Shown here: positions 49,671-59,004 of the stretch, one piece after another
Layout: every line of letters begins with the position of its first letter
Position numbering within the stretch: position 1 is the stretch's first letter
IMG/VR virus record: IMGVR_UViG_3300032216_001891
Coordinates: 32,001-96,000 of that record
Strand: one strand, 5' to 3'
Length of the DNA stretch: 64,000 nucleotides
Origin: a virus
Taxonomy: Duplodnaviria > Caudoviricetes
Position numbers and translations under genes: made by a program
The notes under the pieces: generated by a model
Database searches by the model: none
Seen by the model: only the letters and a program-made list of their open reading frames with translations
What the model was told of the DNA's origin: nothing

Positions 49671-51126
49671 TGCCGGCTTTCACGATGCCTCAGTGGCAGT
49701 GGTTGATACTGCGGGCGAGATTCTGTTTGCTGCTCACAGTGAACGCTACAGTAAAATAAAAAACGACGCTGACATACACTGTGACTTGATATCCGAGTTG
49801 GCTCAGTGGAACATTGATCACATTGCCTACTACGAACGCCCGTGGTTAAAACAACTACGACAGTTGTATTCGGGTCAAGGTATAGAATGGAACAAACTAA
49901 CAACACGGCAAATACTTGATCAACAACTGCAAGGGTCTTTTGGTCAAGTCTCGGTCAGCACACACAGTCATCATTTGAGCCATGCAGCCGGCGGATTTCA
50001 AACCAGCCAGTTTGATCGTGCCACTGTAGTGGTGATTGATGCAGTGGGCGAATGGGACACAGCATCCATATGGCGGGCCGAATATAAAAATGGTCAAGCA
50101 CAATATCACAAATTATGGAGTCAGCGATATCCGCACAGCATAGGATTATTTTACACCGCCGCCACAGCCGAAGTGGGACTGCGACCCATGGAGGACGAAT
50201 ACATACTCATGGGCATGAGTGCATATGGCCAAGCCGCAGCCTCATCAGAAATGAAACAACAGCTGATCCTAGACACTTATGCAGTTAAATTTAAAGAAAA
50301 TCTCCACACCGGGTTACCTTCAAGTTATGTAGACTATTATGATCGAGAAGATATAGCTGCATCTGCACAGGTGGTTTGTGAAGATCTAGTATATGCAGTA
50401 ATGCATCGTGCCAAAAGTTTTGACTGGAGCGGAAATCTAGTGTATACTGGTGGTGTAGCACTCAACTGTTTGGCAAATAGACGTTTAGGAGATTATTTTG
50501 ATAACATTTGGATTATGCCTTGTCCCGGTGATGCTGGTAGCAGCCTGGGTGCGGTTGCTCTTAAATTTGGGAAAAGACTACACTGGCGTGATGCTTACTT
50601 GGGCCATGATATTCCTGGTGCTTATCCCGTTGATGCCGTTGTTGATCATTTGTGCAACAACAGCATCGTTGGTGTGGCTAGTGGTCGAGCGGAATTTGGA
50701 CCGCGGGCATTAGGCAATAGAAGTTTGTTGGCCGACCCTAGAGGTCAAGACATAAAGGATCGAGTAAATGCAATCAAACAGAGACAAAGATTTAGACCGT
50801 TCGCTCCGGTTGTTTTGGAGGAACACTGTAGTGAATATTTTGATATCCCTCGCGGCTGGAGTGACACTAGGTATATGCAACTCGTCGGCAGTTGTAGGAG
50901 GCCTGACCTATATCCTGCTATTACCCATGTTGACGGTACTAGCCGTATACAGACTGTGCCACGAGACGGATCGGGAATCAGAAGAGTGTTAGAAGCATGG
51001 TATCAACGCACCGGTTGTCCCATGTTGCTCAACACCAGTTTAAACATACGTGGTGAACCCATGGTAAACGATCGACTGGATGCCGATCGATTTGAGCAAT
51101 CATATTCGGTAAAGGTATGCTCGTGA
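49651..51126 (+). CDS. O-carbamoyltransferase (NodU/CmcH/TobZ family)
   Basis: GFHDAS, HHLSHA, DAVGE, GGVALN, GPRALGNRS, FRPFAP, NTSLN. Confidence 0.92.
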   Translation: MSILGISAGFHDASVAVVDTAGEILFAAHSERYSKIKNDADIHCDLISELAQWNIDHIAYYERPWLKQLRQLYSGQGIEWNKLTTRQILDQQLQGSFGQVSVSTHSHHLSHAAGGFQTSQFDRATVVVIDAVGEWDTASIWRAEYKNGQAQYHKLWSQRYPHSIGLFYTAATAEVGLRPMEDEYILMGMSAYGQAAASSEMKQQLILDTYAVKFKENLHTGLPSSYVDYYDREDIAASAQVVCEDLVYAVMHRAKSFDWSGNLVYTGGVALNCLANRRLGDYFDNIWIMPCPGDAGSSLGAVALKFGKRLHWRDAYLGHDIPGAYPVDAVVDHLCNNSIVGVASGRAEFGPRALGNRSLLADPRGQDIKDRVNAIKQRQRFRPFAPVVLEEHCSEYFDIPRGWSDTRYMQLVGSCRRPDLYPAITHVDGTSRIQTVPRDGSGIRRVLEAWYQRTGCPMLLNTSLNIRGEPMVNDRLDADRFEQSYSVKVCS

Positions 51127-51806
51127 AAATTTTTACAGGCGCCAGCTGGGCTGTGGGGGAATTCGGAGTCAACGGTTTGTCTGGGCCCGGAATAATGCAA
51201 TACACTGCAATGCATGATCAAGTTGTAAATTTGTGCAAGGGAGCCTCGTCAAGTTATAGTCAAATAATAGAATTAAATAAGTTTTTAACTAGGTTCAGAA
51301 TTCAACCCAAGGATGATAGTGTTTATTGGTTAGTGCATAGTCCCTTGGTTGGTGTGCCTTTGCAACCGCAGCATCTGGGTCAACAGGGACTTGCGGCATC
51401 GATAGAAAAACTATTGATCGATCAGTTGTTGCATGCCAACGCCATAGCTGAAAAATATAAAATTACTATAAATTTAATTGGAGCCGCATGCGATTTAGAT
51501 TCAATCAACATTGATCAATTTAAAAATTTAAACATGTTGGTTCCCAGCTGGGGAAAATTGCTTGATGAATCTTATCCCTCGGCAATATTTTCTCATCAGA
51601 GCGATGAATTTGCTCGATTAAAAATACAATTGGAAAAAGAAAGACCGGATCTAATATCCGAATACGAACGTATTTCGGGCATGGCGTTTAGAAAAAGAAA
51701 ATTCATGCTGACTCGACCGGATAAATTTGCAAGTTTTCACCCCACCAGTCGGTCGCATCGACAGTTGAGAGACCACTTGTTCCCCGAATGGGCACACATA
51801 TTTTAA
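51117..51806 (+). CDS. Divergent SGNH-like protein
   Basis: GASWAVG block-I variant; C-terminal FHPTSRSH. Confidence 0.5.
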   Translation: MLVKIFTGASWAVGEFGVNGLSGPGIMQYTAMHDQVVNLCKGASSSYSQIIELNKFLTRFRIQPKDDSVYWLVHSPLVGVPLQPQHLGQQGLAASIEKLLIDQLLHANAIAEKYKITINLIGAACDLDSINIDQFKNLNMLVPSWGKLLDESYPSAIFSHQSDEFARLKIQLEKERPDLISEYERISGMAFRKRKFMLTRPDKFASFHPTSRSHRQLRDHLFPEWAHIF

Positions 51807-51814
51807 AGGACCCT

Positions 51815-52654
51815 ATGACACAAAGAATATTAATAATGGGCCTGCCGGGTGCAGGCAAAACCACACTGGCTGGTGCACTTAAAAAATACCTTGAAAAAAA
51901 TGGAACAATCAGTTACAGCCGTGCCCTAACAGAACCATTTGATTATACCGAGTGCCAAGTTAATTGGTTCAACGCCGATGATGTGCGTCGCAAGTACAAC
52001 GACTGGGATTTCAGCAATGATGGTCGCATACGACAAAGTCTGCGTATGTTTCAGTTCAGTATGGAATCGGGCGGCGACTACGTGATCTGTGACTTTGTAG
52101 CACCACTAGTGGCGCAACGCAACAACTTCAACGCCGACTGGACCATATGGGTAGACACTATTCGTGAAGGCAGATATGCTGACACCAATGCCATTTTCCA
52201 AGAACCCGAAGTGTACGATTTTCGTATCACCGAACAATCAGCAGAAAAATGGGCCGAGTTTATTGGCAGTCATATCATTGAGAATCGTCGTCGCCCACAG
52301 TGGGATCCTAAAAAAGAAACTGTACAGATGCTGGGCCGTTGGCAACCTTGGCATGCAGGACACCGTGCATTATTTGAAAGATTGATACAACGCACAGGGC
52401 AAGTTGATATTCAAGTACGTGATGTACAGGGATGGCAAGACAGCAATCCTTTCAGTTTTTTTGATGTTGTGCGTTTCATTGAACGAGATCTAGAACCCCT
52501 GTATCAAGGACAGTTTAACATTAGACTAGTGCCCAACATTGTACATATTGGCTGGGGCCGTGGGGTGGGATACACCTCGGGGGAAGAAACATTTGATGCC
52601 AGTATTACTGACATTTCGGCTACTAAAATAAGAAAAGAATTGGGATTAAAATGA
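51815..52654 (+). CDS. Adenylylsulfate-kinase-like domain fused to an HxGH nucleotidyltransferase
   Basis: GLPGAGKTT, NADDVR, DFS.DGR, DFVAP; C-terminal GRWQPWHAGH...ISATKIR; AAGGA SD. Confidence 0.75.
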   Translation: MTQRILIMGLPGAGKTTLAGALKKYLEKNGTISYSRALTEPFDYTECQVNWFNADDVRRKYNDWDFSNDGRIRQSLRMFQFSMESGGDYVICDFVAPLVAQRNNFNADWTIWVDTIREGRYADTNAIFQEPEVYDFRITEQSAEKWAEFIGSHIIENRRRPQWDPKKETVQMLGRWQPWHAGHRALFERLIQRTGQVDIQVRDVQGWQDSNPFSFFDVVRFIERDLEPLYQGQFNIRLVPNIVHIGWGRGVGYTSGEETFDASITDISATKIRKELGLK

Positions 52655-52857
52655 GCGACACTGCTGTTCGCAGCCTAGCCAAAGCTGTCAGTTGGAGAGT
52701 AACTGGAACTGTTGATACATTTCTTATCAGTTGGTTGATCACCGGTGAAGTGCTGTTGGCATCGGGCATAGCACTGACTGAAATAATCACCAAGATATTT
52801 TTATTTTGGGCACACGAGCGAGTGTGGAATCGCGTTACTTGGGGACAGCAAGACTAA
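52651..52857 (+). CDS. Small membrane protein, DUF2061-like
   Basis: RSLAKAVSWR...HERVW pattern. Confidence 0.75.
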   Translation: MSDTAVRSLAKAVSWRVTGTVDTFLISWLITGEVLLASGIALTEIITKIFLFWAHERVWNRVTWGQQD

Positions 52858-53950
52858 GATTAGTCTCCAACTCCTGCCAGCAGTGATTTAAAAACTCACT
52901 GCTGTAAAATAAATTGTAGTTGTGATTTAATACAGGAGTCATTTCTCTCAACATCATTTCAAGATCTCGATCGCTGTATCCGCAAATTTCTTCAATTACA
53001 TCCGCCACAGCAGTCATGCGTAGAATGGGATCTTCTATATCATCGTAACGTTCATCAAACCAACGACCAAATGTTCTGAAACCGTAACTGCGTAGGTACT
53101 CCAAGTTGTGTGCCGGCCCCACTAGCACAAATGGCATGCGGCTGACAATGGGTTTAAATATTTTTTCAGTTAAATGACATTTGCGATCCCAGTAACAAGT
53201 TTCTGTAACCACATAAACAAAACTTTCCTGTGTTTGTTCCACAGCACTTAATACAAAACTGTGATTGGGTATTGACTCGTGGTCTTGATAATCCACACGC
53301 AATGGCAACTGAACTCTGTCAATGTTGGCGATAGCTCGTTCTGCAAGAGCCGGGCATACGAATGTTGAATTTCTCAAGTTTTCTTGATACGTGCCACCGT
53401 CGGGACAGACATCGTTGTAACTTACATATCCGCACCCAAGTATATCGCGTTCCGCTAGTTCGCCAATCAATAAACTGCGGTACACTCGGGCGCCACTGGT
53501 TAGTCGATTAAATGTGATGTATTTTTTCTTTAACTTTCTTTGTTCGGGTGCAATTAATTGAGAGTTGTAATGATAGCCGCGAAACCAATCGTTTGCAGCA
53601 AAAGCATGATGAAAATAATAAACAACAGGGCAACTGTATCGTTCTTGTATTAGATCCACCGAGTTGGAATTTTTTTCGGTTGTAACCAATATAAACTCAT
53701 TGCCATGTAAAAAATTGTTGCATACGTGATCAAACAAGGGATAATTAAATTCTCCCAGTATGGGTTCTTGATCATAAAATACAAATAGTGGCCCACGTTT
53801 TCCTGGATAATGACTCATGTTGTTCATTAAGAATTCAAAATTTTCTGGCTGAGTTGATCCATAAGGTATTAGGTAAAGTAGTCTTGGATCTGTTACAATA
53901 GTGTTTAAATACGAAAAAATATTTTCGTAATGACTGTGGATATTATACAT
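52835..53950 (-). CDS. Glycosyltransferase-like protein (ITEK-motif family)
   Basis: VVTET..HLTEKIFKPI..PF..LRSYGFRTF..FDERYD. Confidence 0.55.
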   Translation of the reverse strand: MYNIHSHYENIFSYLNTIVTDPRLLYLIPYGSTQPENFEFLMNNMSHYPGKRGPLFVFYDQEPILGEFNYPLFDHVCNNFLHGNEFILVTTEKNSNSVDLIQERYSCPVVYYFHHAFAANDWFRGYHYNSQLIAPEQRKLKKKYITFNRLTSGARVYRSLLIGELAERDILGCGYVSYNDVCPDGGTYQENLRNSTFVCPALAERAIANIDRVQLPLRVDYQDHESIPNHSFVLSAVEQTQESFVYVVTETCYWDRKCHLTEKIFKPIVSRMPFVLVGPAHNLEYLRSYGFRTFGRWFDERYDDIEDPILRMTAVADVIEEICGYSDRDLEMMLREMTPVLNHNYNLFYSSEFLNHCWQELETNLSLAVPK

Positions 53951-56900
53951 GTTTGATGTTTTTTATTGGGGAACTAAACCCGGTTTATTTGCTTTTGAAC
54001 AGCCTGCTGACAATTTAGATCATGCGGCTACCTTGTCACGAACAGGGCACTACTGGTATATTTATGGGGACAATGACTACACAGGATTTGATTTTGATTA
54101 TCAACCAGCGCCGTGGGAAAGTCAACACATACATGTTTGGCCCAGTCAATGGCAAAGAAACGGTGGAGTGTATCTAGCCAATCAAAACACAGTACACTGT
54201 AGAGAGTGGCATTTTAGGACTGAACAACAGGTGAGGAGACGACCCAACAGAGACTTATGGATCATACCCAGCAACACAGATGTCACAGCGTTTGATTTTT
54301 CGTGGCACCCCGATCCACTAGAGCCCGACTATGAATATCATTTCCCCACACAACACCAACCAGCCGGAGGTCCTGTGTATCAAGGATCAGCTGGTATAAA
54401 ATTATCACAAGATCAAACAGCTCGTGCTGTGCAGTTAATGGAACACTGGCATGTACCCCTTAATATTGATTCTGCTCAATTTGATTTTTCGTGGCACCCC
54501 AATCCACTGGACCCTGCTTATATCTATCAGTTTGCCACTCAGTGGTATGAAGAAGGTGGCCCAGTGTATACAGTTACCGGAGCCACTGAAGTCAAGTACA
54601 TGGATGAGCCTAGATCGCAGATAAACTCCAGCCGAGATAACTGGACAATACTGCATCCTATAATCGAAGACCGCTTTGATTGGAGTTGGCGTCCGCACCC
54701 AAAAGATCCTCCTTACACGTATGTGTTTGGTAATCAGTGGCACAGTCCCGAACGCATGCCCACAGTGGAATATCATGTCCCTGGAGCCACAGAACGCAAA
54801 TACATGAGCATGGTGGCCACCTTGGCACCTGATAAAACACATTGGAAATGTCTCGAGCATATTCAAGGTTTTGATTACAGCTGGGTGCCGGATCCGCTAG
54901 AGCCGCCTTATCGATATGTGTTTGGTAACCAGCATTGGCCTGCCACCATCATGCCCACGTTGACCTACACTGTGCCTGGAGCAACACAAGAAAAGTTTGT
55001 CGATGCTCCTGCGGCTCGATTGGCAGGAGGCATGGAGAACTGGAAAATATTTGAAGACATTGACCATGACCTATGGGACTGGACCTGGCGACCCAACCCG
55101 CGAGATCCTCCGTACACGTATGTATTTGGCAATCAATGGAATCCGCCCGAATACAAAGTTAGTGTACAGTACGAAGTAGAAGGTGCAACCGAACGCAAAT
55201 ACATGGAGTCGCGTACACAGCGGTTACCGCAACCGGAACAATTCAAAAACAAGTTACCAATAGACCAATTTGATTATTCATGGGAACCCAATCCGTTTGA
55301 CCCTCCATTCACCTATGTGTTTGGCAATCAATGGAACCAAGCCAGCCTAGAGCCCACAGTGGAATATCATGTCCCTGGAGCCACAGAAATAAAATACATT
55401 GATGATTTGGTGGCAACGGTGGCACCGTTGATGACCAATTGGGAGATACTTGACGATGTTAAACAGTTTGATTACAGCTGGCGTCCAAATCCCTTTGACC
55501 CACCTTACCGATATGTATTTGGTAACCAGTGGATGGCTCCCGAACAACGCCCTGCTGTGTGTTATGTTGCACCGGGGGCTGAAGAAATAAAATACATGGA
55601 TGAACCCAAGGCACAGCGACACGGCGACCCTGATAGGTTTGATACACATTACGATTGTGAATTTGACTACAGTTGGGAACCGGATCCGGGATCACCTCCT
55701 TACCGATATGTATTTGGTAACCAGTGGTATCCCGCCGAGATCATGCCCACAGTGGAGTATGCAGTGGCTGGAGCTACTGAACGCAAGTTTATGAGCGAGC
55801 CGCGGGCTAGATTGCTACCCTCAAGCGGCAACTGGATAACACACTGTGTGGCTGACTTTGATTATTCGTGGCAACCGGAACCCAAGAGCCCGCTGTATAT
55901 ATTTGTGTTTGGTAACCAACATTGGCCTGCACAAAAGATGCCCACTGTGGAATATCATATGCCCGGTGCAACTGAACGCAAATACATGGACCGGCCCAGG
56001 GCAGTTCTCGTACCCGATAAACAGTTATGGGGCATACCAGAGGAAGTCGATGAAAACAATATTGACTTTAGTTGGGTTCCCGATCCCGGCAATCCTCCTT
56101 ACATTTATCACTTTGGTACTGAGTTCCAAATGAGTGTGGGATTGACCTACACTGTGCCCGGAGCGACCGAGCCCAAGTTTGAAGGCGAAATACCACGTTT
56201 GGTCAAAGAACACGCAGCAATTGATGTGCTGGATATATTCTTTATTGATCGCAACAATGCCACAGCACAGTCACGCTTTGATCGATTAAAAAACCTCTAT
56301 CCTAAAATACAAAAAGTTCGCTTTGCTAATGACATGATGGCAACAATACAACGCTGTATCACCAAAGCTCGCACAAGTAAATTTTGGGTCATTAGTAGCG
56401 AATATAATTATGACCAATTTGATTTTACATGGCATGCTGAGCCGTGGCAAGGTTACATGACGCATGTGTTTCCAAGTCAGCATCAAAAGTGGAGCGACAC
56501 CTACTTGATCAACAAGTGGGAATTTGAGCGTCACAGCACTTGGGCCAAGTCCTTGGAAGAATTCCCCAACTTGAACTTTGTCAAAGATCAAACGGTAAAC
56601 AAGTCTGAGAATAGATATAATATTTACTATGTTGATCATGGCAACCAAGTCAGTCAGCATCAATACGATTACCTACGCAGTGATGTTGTTACCGATGTCG
56701 ACATCATCAAGACACGTTTTGTTGACAGCTACTTGGAAACATTCAAACGCATCATGTCCACAGCCGAAACTGAGTATGTTTGGATCATCAACAGCATTTG
56801 CGATTACACCTGCGGATTTGACTTTACTTGGGAACCGGAACCGTGGCAACGTGAGATGATACATGTATTCCCCAGTGACGCACAAAAGCGTGGCGATACA

Positions 56901-57974
56901 TTTCGTATACATGTGGAATCATTTAAACAACAAATGATTGAACTAGAACTGCTGGATTGGTTCCGCGTGATCAACTATGTTGAAGATCACGCAGTGCCTC
57001 GTTTTTCAATACCGGTACACTATTATGAATCGGACGATTTGGTCACTGAAATAAAAAACTACCAATTCCAAACTCCGTACGTGTTATTTACTAACCAAAA
57101 AGATATACAAATTGAAAGTTCAGAATGCTTGTGGAGTCCCCAAGACCGTGCAGTAGCCAGGTGTAGCCGGTCCGGTGCTACTGTGTTAGTACCCCGTGAC
57201 ATTAAGGTGGATTTGAAGTCACAAATCTACGATTATCCCTACATCAAGGACTCGGTTTATAGGATTAACGACTACTTTATTAACAAATTTCATCCGGGGT
57301 TAGATATCGTATACATTAGTAACGGAGAACCCGACGAACTACGTTGGTATGAACATTTATGCTACATGAGCAACACCACTGACATAGAATGGGTGCGTGG
57401 TGTCAACGGTAGAACAGCCGCCTATCAAGAAGCTGCACGTAGAAGCCGCACACCTTGGTTCTTTGCTGTGTTTGCCAAATTGGAAGTTTTAGGCAACGAG
57501 TTCCCTTGGTTTGATTGGATGCCGGACTATTTCCAAGAACCCAAACACTATATCTTCAACAGCCGTAATCCTGTGAATGGCTTGGAATATGGTCACCAAG
57601 GTGTAATAGCATATAACAAGAGATTGGTATTAGAGAATAATGCTCCAGGAATTGACTTTACCTTGAGTCAACCACATGAATCAGTTCCCATACTGTCTGG
57701 TGTAGCACACTTCAATCAAGATGCTTGGATGACTTGGAGGACTGCGTTCCGCGAAGTGGTCAAACTCAAACATTTCATGGCGGTAGAACCCACAGTGGAA
57801 ACAGAACATAGATTAAACACTTGGCTGACCGTGGCCGAAGGCAATTATGCTGAATACTGTTTGGCCGGTGCCCGGGATGCTGTGGGGTATTACAATGAAG
57901 TTGCGGGAGATTATGAACTACTAAAACTGAGTTTTGACTGGGCCTGGCTGAAACAACGTTTTGACAATAAATAA
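53949..57974 (+). CDS. 1341-aa repeat protein with several degenerate GT-A-like domains
   Basis: Ten FDYSWxPxP..PPYxYVFGNQW..PGATExK repeats; C-terminal domain resembles 37833 (NPVNGLEYG, TWRTAFRE). Confidence 0.65.
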   Translation: MFDVFYWGTKPGLFAFEQPADNLDHAATLSRTGHYWYIYGDNDYTGFDFDYQPAPWESQHIHVWPSQWQRNGGVYLANQNTVHCREWHFRTEQQVRRRPNRDLWIIPSNTDVTAFDFSWHPDPLEPDYEYHFPTQHQPAGGPVYQGSAGIKLSQDQTARAVQLMEHWHVPLNIDSAQFDFSWHPNPLDPAYIYQFATQWYEEGGPVYTVTGATEVKYMDEPRSQINSSRDNWTILHPIIEDRFDWSWRPHPKDPPYTYVFGNQWHSPERMPTVEYHVPGATERKYMSMVATLAPDKTHWKCLEHIQGFDYSWVPDPLEPPYRYVFGNQHWPATIMPTLTYTVPGATQEKFVDAPAARLAGGMENWKIFEDIDHDLWDWTWRPNPRDPPYTYVFGNQWNPPEYKVSVQYEVEGATERKYMESRTQRLPQPEQFKNKLPIDQFDYSWEPNPFDPPFTYVFGNQWNQASLEPTVEYHVPGATEIKYIDDLVATVAPLMTNWEILDDVKQFDYSWRPNPFDPPYRYVFGNQWMAPEQRPAVCYVAPGAEEIKYMDEPKAQRHGDPDRFDTHYDCEFDYSWEPDPGSPPYRYVFGNQWYPAEIMPTVEYAVAGATERKFMSEPRARLLPSSGNWITHCVADFDYSWQPEPKSPLYIFVFGNQHWPAQKMPTVEYHMPGATERKYMDRPRAVLVPDKQLWGIPEEVDENNIDFSWVPDPGNPPYIYHFGTEFQMSVGLTYTVPGATEPKFEGEIPRLVKEHAAIDVLDIFFIDRNNATAQSRFDRLKNLYPKIQKVRFANDMMATIQRCITKARTSKFWVISSEYNYDQFDFTWHAEPWQGYMTHVFPSQHQKWSDTYLINKWEFERHSTWAKSLEEFPNLNFVKDQTVNKSENRYNIYYVDHGNQVSQHQYDYLRSDVVTDVDIIKTRFVDSYLETFKRIMSTAETEYVWIINSICDYTCGFDFTWEPEPWQREMIHVFPSDAQKRGDTFRIHVESFKQQMIELELLDWFRVINYVEDHAVPRFSIPVHYYESDDLVTEIKNYQFQTPYVLFTNQKDIQIESSECLWSPQDRAVARCSRSGATVLVPRDIKVDLKSQIYDYPYIKDSVYRINDYFINKFHPGLDIVYISNGEPDELRWYEHLCYMSNTTDIEWVRGVNGRTAAYQEAARRSRTPWFFAVFAKLEVLGNEFPWFDWMPDYFQEPKHYIFNSRNPVNGLEYGHQGVIAYNKRLVLENNAPGIDFTLSQPHESVPILSGVAHFNQDAWMTWRTAFREVVKLKHFMAVEPTVETEHRLNTWLTVAEGNYAEYCLAGARDAVGYYNEVAGDYELLKLSFDWAWLKQRFDNK
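54240..56190 (+). repeat. Ten intragenic ~200-nt repeats
   Basis: Protein-level repeats; identical DNA blocks 54758-54794 = 55352-55388 and 55503-55532 = 55698-55727. Confidence 0.85.
57966..57973 (+). promoter_or_regulatory. Late promoter AATAAATA
   Basis: 5 nt before ATG 57979. Confidence 0.55.
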
Positions 57975-57978
57975 TAAT

Positions 57979-58647
57979 ATGAGATCCAGTGAATTTATAA
58001 CATCCAACAGAGTAGCAGATTTAACTCCTGCTCAATTTAAACGTGTCTTTGAAAGTATTATTGACCCTAATATTATACTAGAAGCAGACATTCCGCCGCA
58101 GGCTGCCCAACAGGTTAAACAGGCATCTGGGTCAACTCTACAAGCTATTATGTCTCAACCAGCGGCCGCTGTACAAAACTTTGATGCAAAAATAGATCAA
58201 CTAGAAAAACAGGCCTCTGCTAAATTTGGCCCACAAGTGATGCAACATATAAGAAACTACCGACGCTGGGCTAAAAGAAATCCATTGACGCAGGCCGCAA
58301 TTTTAGCTGCTGTTAGTGTTGTAGTAAGTTTAGTAGCTCCTGAAGGTGCCGCTGGCGTGGCAATTACTGCCATTGCTGCAGGGTTTTTGCAAACAGTTGA
58401 TGAATTGGTATTGGGTAAAAAAGCCAGCGAAGCAGTTTCACGCGGAGTAGAAACCGGCGCTGTAGTTGGAGGTATAGGTACTTTTCTAAATTGGGCTGCA
58501 GATACAGAACTGGTAAAAAGTGCCGCACATTGGTTTGGTGATGTAGTTGGCGATGTAGCAAGGAATACTCACGCAGTCAAAGCAGTTGCTAAGGTAGGAG
58601 TTAATGCTCTTGCCAATCGAGTGCAAAGTCCTTTTACTTCGTATTAA
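57979..58647 (+). CDS. Hypothetical protein with hydrophobic helices; possible internal head protein
   Basis: Starts MRSSEFI; Ala/Val-rich hydrophobic segments. Confidence 0.6.
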   Translation: MRSSEFITSNRVADLTPAQFKRVFESIIDPNIILEADIPPQAAQQVKQASGSTLQAIMSQPAAAVQNFDAKIDQLEKQASAKFGPQVMQHIRNYRRWAKRNPLTQAAILAAVSVVVSLVAPEGAAGVAITAIAAGFLQTVDELVLGKKASEAVSRGVETGAVVGGIGTFLNWAADTELVKSAAHWFGDVVGDVARNTHAVKAVAKVGVNALANRVQSPFTSY

Positions 58648-58659
58648 CGCAAATACTAG

Positions 58660-59004
58660 ATGCGTATAAATGAAATTTCCGTACCTCAATATAAAGAAAT
58701 AGAATTTGTCTGTGCCAATGCCGAGCATCCTGACGCTACAGATCCCGCTGTACAACGAAAACTGTATAGAGAATTACAAAAAATCCCCGGAGTAATACCT
58801 TTATATCAAGATTGGACCGATTACAGTGAAGGTCAATATAGTTTAAGTGCTATATATAAAGACCGTGCTGTTCGTGGTAAAATTTTATCACTGGCTCGGC
58901 AGTTGGGCGTTGATGTTGACTTGGAACAAACAGTGGATGGGGACTATGTTGATCGTGCCTTAACAGGTAGTCACGAAGGACAAATTAACGCAAGTAATTC
59001 TTAA
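58660..59004 (+). CDS. Hypothetical protein; possible internal head protein
   Basis: Starts MRINEI; CAAATA box just upstream. Confidence 0.55.
   Translation: MRINEISVPQYKEIEFVCANAEHPDATDPAVQRKLYRELQKIPGVIPLYQDWTDYSEGQYSLSAIYKDRAVRGKILSLARQLGVDVDLEQTVDGDYVDRALTGSHEGQINASNS

Noticed and set aside
49651-51126. Carbamoyltransferase as a hydroxymethylcytosine DNA-modifying enzyme
   Set aside because: No dCMP hydroxymethylase is visible in the window and the neighbours are sugar-tailoring genes; kept only as an alternative.
54240-56190. Repeats as RiPP core peptides for the radical SAM enzymes
   Set aside because: The repeats look like folded units derived from the GT-like domain; no leader, RRE, protease or transporter is evident. 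Not strictly excluded.
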